Source: Ferroacidibacillus organovorans
Lineage (GTDB): Bacteria; Bacillota; Bacilli; Alicyclobacillales; SLC66
Assembly (NCBI RefSeq): GCF_001642725.1
Contig: NZ_LSUQ01000011.1
Coordinates: 1 to 64,000 of the forward strand
Direction: 5' to 3'
DNA: 64,000 bases
Shown here: positions 60,972-64,000 of the stretch, piece after piece
Layout of the letters: every line of letters starts with the position of its first letter
Position numbering within the stretch: the first letter of the stretch is position 1
Notes under the pieces: model-generated
Told to the model about the DNA's origin: nothing
The model's input: only the letters and a program-made list of their open reading frames with translations
Databases searched by the model: none
Position numbers and translations under genes: made by a program

Positions 60972-62519
60972 TTAGTCCACTCTGTATGTTGACACGACGC
61001 ACTCCACATGGCTCGTCTGCGGGAACATGTCCAACGGCTGTGCGACATCGACCGCATACCCGCGATCGGCGAGAATGCGCAGATCGCGCGCGAGTGTGGC
61101 CGGATTGCACGAGACATAGACGATCCGTGCGGGGGCCGCGTCACAGATCGCATCAAGCACCCGCTTCTCGCAACCCGCGCGCGGCGGGTCGAGAAACACC
61201 ACGTCCGGATGCTCATCCTCTGCCAAGCGTGACACGACATCTTGCGCATCGCCGAGCATCATCCTGACATGGTGCATGCCATTTCGCTCAATGTTCATCT
61301 GCGCGTCGCTCACCGCTTCCTCGACGATCTCAACACCAACCACCGAATCGGCCTGTCGACCCGCCATCAGCGTGAGCGTGCCAATGCCTGCGTAGATATC
61401 CCACACACGCTGCGTCCCCGTGAGACCCGCCAAAGCGAGCGCCTCCGCGTAGAGCCGCTCCGCCTGTGCCGGATTGACCTGCATGAACGAGCGCGACGAG
61501 ACGCCAAATGTCAGCCCCGCGATACGCTCTTCCATCTGCGGTTGCCCGAACATGACGCGCTCCGCCACACCGTCATCCGCAATCAAACCCACCACTTTGA
61601 CGCGCTGTGCCTCAAGTTCATTCCGAAACAAACGCACATCTTCAGGCGAAAATACCACACCTGTCTCTACGAGCAACGCAATCAGCACCTCCGCCGACCC
61701 ATTCGTGCGCACACGGACGTGGTGCACCCCTCGCCACGGCGAGAGCATGGCAGTCGACGTCCCCGCCCCCTGCCCCGGCGAAGCTGCCAACGTGTCATCA
61801 CCCCGCTCCGGCGAAGCTGCCAACGTGTCATCACCCCGCTCCGGCGAAGCTGCCGACAGATCAGCCCCGCGCACTGCCTCATCCACACGGCGCATCGCCC
61901 TAACGATGCGCAACACATGTTCCGGCACAATCGCACAATCATCCGTATCCACAGGATCGTGGCTGCCTTCTTCCACAAAGCCCACGGCGAATCGACCGTC
62001 CTCGACCGAAACCGTCCACGTCACCTTGTTGCGATACTGCCACACGTTTGGCGACGGAATCACGTCGCGCACCCACGCGCGAACATCTTCCTTAGGAAAC
62101 CTCCCGATTCGCTCAAGCGCATCCAAAACGGTCTGCTTCTTCATCCGCAGTTGCGCCTCTGCGCTCATGTGCTGCAGATTGCACCCGCCACACTCCGCGT
62201 ACACCGAACAGCGCGGCAAGACGCGCTCCGCCGCCGCTTCCACCACCTGCAACAGCACCGCCCGCGCAAACGACCGCTCCACACGCTCCATGCGTACTGT
62301 GACCCGCTCTCCGATCAGCGCGCCTGGCACAAACACCGTGAAGCCCTCGACACGCGCGACACCCTCACCCTGAAAGCCGAGTCGATCGATCACCACTTCA
62401 TAGGTCTGCCCCAGACGCACCGGAACAGCGCGCGCCGGCGTTCGCTCCCGGCGTCCATCCACACTCGCACCAGGCGTTCGCTCCCGGCGTCCACCCGCGC
62501 GCCCACTCTCCCGCTCCAT
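60972..62519 (-). CDS. rlmD: 23S rRNA (uracil-1939-C5)-methyltransferase
   Basis: TRAM domain, C..Y..CGGC.LQH, YRNK, SFMQVN, DPPRAG, YVSCNPATLARD and DMFPQT.HVEC. Confidence 0.96.
   Translation of the reverse strand: MERESGRAGGRRERTPGASVDGRRERTPARAVPVRLGQTYEVVIDRLGFQGEGVARVEGFTVFVPGALIGERVTVRMERVERSFARAVLLQVVEAAAERVLPRCSVYAECGGCNLQHMSAEAQLRMKKQTVLDALERIGRFPKEDVRAWVRDVIPSPNVWQYRNKVTWTVSVEDGRFAVGFVEEGSHDPVDTDDCAIVPEHVLRIVRAMRRVDEAVRGADLSAASPERGDDTLAASPERGDDTLAASPGQGAGTSTAMLSPWRGVHHVRVRTNGSAEVLIALLVETGVVFSPEDVRLFRNELEAQRVKVVGLIADDGVAERVMFGQPQMEERIAGLTFGVSSRSFMQVNPAQAERLYAEALALAGLTGTQRVWDIYAGIGTLTLMAGRQADSVVGVEIVEEAVSDAQMNIERNGMHHVRMMLGDAQDVVSRLAEDEHPDVVFLDPPRAGCEKRVLDAICDAAPARIVYVSCNPATLARDLRILADRGYAVDVAQPLDMFPQTSHVECVVSTYRVD
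61775..61854. repeat. 33-bp in-frame tandem repeat (about 2.4 copies) inside rlmD
   Basis: CCGGCGAAGCTGCCAACGTGTCATCACCCCGCT x2 plus 14 bp, encoding AASPERGDDTL repeats. Confidence 0.9.
62437..62493. repeat. 21-bp direct repeat (period 36) in the rlmD N-terminus
   Basis: GGCGTTCGCTCCCGGCGTCCA at 62437 and 62473, encoding GRRERTP twice. Confidence 0.85.
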
Positions 62520-62534
62520 CCAAACGCACAGCCT

Positions 62535-63422
62535 TTACCCTGAGATGACCTGCAAGTGTCCCTCTTTAATCGTCACCTTGTGCGGCAATCGACCGCCGTA
62601 CTCCCCATCGATGTTGAGGTCGACTTCTTCCTGCGACGAAAGCTCGATTCGCTTCGCGTGAAAATAAACCACCCGCTCATCCTGCGTGTGATCGCCCATC
62701 AATGCGGTTGACACCAAGCGGATCAGATCTCCGAGGTTACTCTGTTTCACAATCAGCACATCAAGCCAGCCGTCACTCACCGACGCCCGCGGCGCCACGC
62801 GCTCAAACCCGCCCACCGCGCGCGAGTTCGTGACAAGGCAGAGCATCGCCGGTCCCTCAAACTGCTCCGTATCCGAAGTGATCTTCATCTCGATCGCACG
62901 CAACCCCGGCAGCCGCTCAAGCCCCTTCATGTAATACGCCAAGTGCCCGAGCATCGTCTTCATCTTGCTCGGCACCTCATAGGTAATCTCCGTCAATCGC
63001 CCAAACGCCGCGATGTTCACAAAGTAGCGGTCCTCTCCGACACAGCCGAGGTCAAGCGACCGAATCTGCCCCTGCGCAATGCACCGCGCCGCCTCTTCCA
63101 CATGGCGAGGAATCTCAAGCGCGCGCGCCAGATCATTCGCCGTCCCTGACGGGATGATCCCGAGAATCGGTCGTGTCTCACTCGCCGCGAGACCGTTTAC
63201 CACCTCATTGACCGTGCCGTCGCCACCGCACGCCACAACGACCTTAAACCCGTCATTGGCAGCGCGGAATGCCTCTTTCGTTGCGTCCCCTGGCCCTGTT
63301 GTGGCGTGACACGACGCCTCGTATCCCGCGCTCTCAAGGATCTGAAGGATCTGCGGGAGATGCTGACGAAACGCCTCTTTTCCTGCCGTCGGATTGTAGA
63401 TCAATCGAATGCGCGGTCGCAT
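62535..63422 (-). CDS. dagK: diacylglycerol kinase (YerQ/DagK)
   Basis: IYNPTAG, GGDGTVNEV, PSGTANDLARAL and NIDGE motifs. Conserved gatB-dagK-rlmD order. Confidence 0.9.
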   Translation of the reverse strand: MRPRIRLIYNPTAGKEAFRQHLPQILQILESAGYEASCHATTGPGDATKEAFRAANDGFKVVVACGGDGTVNEVVNGLAASETRPILGIIPSGTANDLARALEIPRHVEEAARCIAQGQIRSLDLGCVGEDRYFVNIAAFGRLTEITYEVPSKMKTMLGHLAYYMKGLERLPGLRAIEMKITSDTEQFEGPAMLCLVTNSRAVGGFERVAPRASVSDGWLDVLIVKQSNLGDLIRLVSTALMGDHTQDERVVYFHAKRIELSSQEEVDLNIDGEYGGRLPHKVTIKEGHLQVISG

Positions 63423-63451
63423 GTCACACCTCCCACAAGATCAGCCTACGA

Positions 63452-64000
63452 CTAACGCGCCTCGCGAATCGCCTGAATCTGCTCGCCAATCAAGCGATTG
63501 ACCACCTGCGGGTTAGCCTTTCCCTTTGTCGCCTTCATCACTTGCCCCACGAGCGACGCGATCGCCTTGTCCTTTCCCGCGAGCAGATCCTCCACCGACT
63601 TTGGATTCGCCGCGATCACCTGCGTCACAATTCCCGCGAGCTCACCCTCGTCCGAAATCTGCGCGAGCCCCTGCGCTGCGATGATTTTGCTTGGCGACTC
63701 ACCGTACTCCATCACGTGTTTAAGCACATCTTTTGCGATCGCCGCAGAAATTCCGCCGCGTTTCAAGTTTTCGAGCAAATCCGCGAGAAGCGCACCTGTG
63801 AGTTTGGTGTCGCGCAGTTCAATCCCTTGCGCCTTCAAGTTTGCCAGCACATCGCCCATAATCCAATTGCTCACAAGCTTTGCGTCAAGCACCCGCTCCA
63901 CAGCCTGCTCAAACAGATCCGCAATGTCGCGTGACGATGTCAGCACGCCCGCGTCATACACCGGGAGCTGATAGTCCGCAATCCAGCGCGCCCGCCGGGC
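63452..64000 (-). CDS. gatB: Asp/Glu-tRNA amidotransferase subunit B (5' part outside the window)
   Basis: YDAGVLT, VSNWIMG, GLAQISD and LVGQVMKATKGKANP. Confidence 0.95.
   Translation of the reverse strand, partial: ARRARWIADYQLPVYDAGVLTSSRDIADLFEQAVERVLDAKLVSNWIMGDVLANLKAQGIELRDTKLTGALLADLLENLKRGGISAAIAKDVLKHVMEYGESPSKIIAAQGLAQISDEGELAGIVTQVIAANPKSVEDLLAGKDKAIASLVGQVMKATKGKANPQVVNRLIGEQIQAIREAR

Larger units (their letters stand above)
58015..61010. mobile_element. decayed integrative element in the rlmD 3' end
   Basis: Flanked by the direct repeat ACGCACTCCACATG. AT-rich, with a recombinase remnant next to the distal repeat. Confidence 0.7.

Noticed and set aside
61775..61854. 33-bp repeats as a possible CRISPR array
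   Set aside because: Head-to-tail with no spacers, in frame within rlmD, and no cas genes nearby.
61242..62543. 433-aa and 299-aa plus-strand ORFs
   Set aside because: Antisense shadows of GC-rich rlmD, with no RBS or recognisable motifs.
1..64000. Genome-wide UGA reassignment (genetic code 4 or 25)
   Set aside because: TGA ends many full-length genes (rnhA, nth, mutY, galE), and Trp is encoded by TGG right before the thioredoxin TGA.

Overview
Chromosomal segment of an endospore-forming Bacillales with moderately high GC. Gene content suggests Alicyclobacillaceae, but that is inference only. Most of the window is housekeeping, sporulation and metabolism: queG (partial), rnhA, a gerA-type locus, nth, bioA-bioD-bioB, rsfA, ytvI, mutY, a cardiolipin synthase-like gene, class I fumarase, a PBP2, spoVAF-like, two OmpR-type two-component systems, a heterodimeric ABC exporter, a Leloir gal operon, rlmD, dagK and gatB (partial). 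No rRNA, tRNA or CRISPR array was seen. Main observations: (1) Two genes that the ORF track breaks up, a thioredoxin (W-TGA-P-G-C) and a HesB/IscA-like protein (G-TGA-G-G), each carry an in-frame TGA at the conserved Cys position. Each has a hairpin starting 17 nt downstream, consistent with selenocysteine recoding. (2) A decayed ~3 kb element sits in the rlmD 3' end, with a 14-bp duplicated core, a displaced rlmD C-terminus and a serine-recombinase remnant, followed by a tract of pseudogenes. (3) A shared CsoR/CstR-like operator precedes two unlinked sulfur/persulfide-related loci. (4) Several long perfect palindromes have little or no loop. (5) Sporulation-sigma promoters lie in front of an NRAMP-related Mg2+ transporter and of an uncharacterised small protein. 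All family calls come from motif recognition by eye, not database searches.
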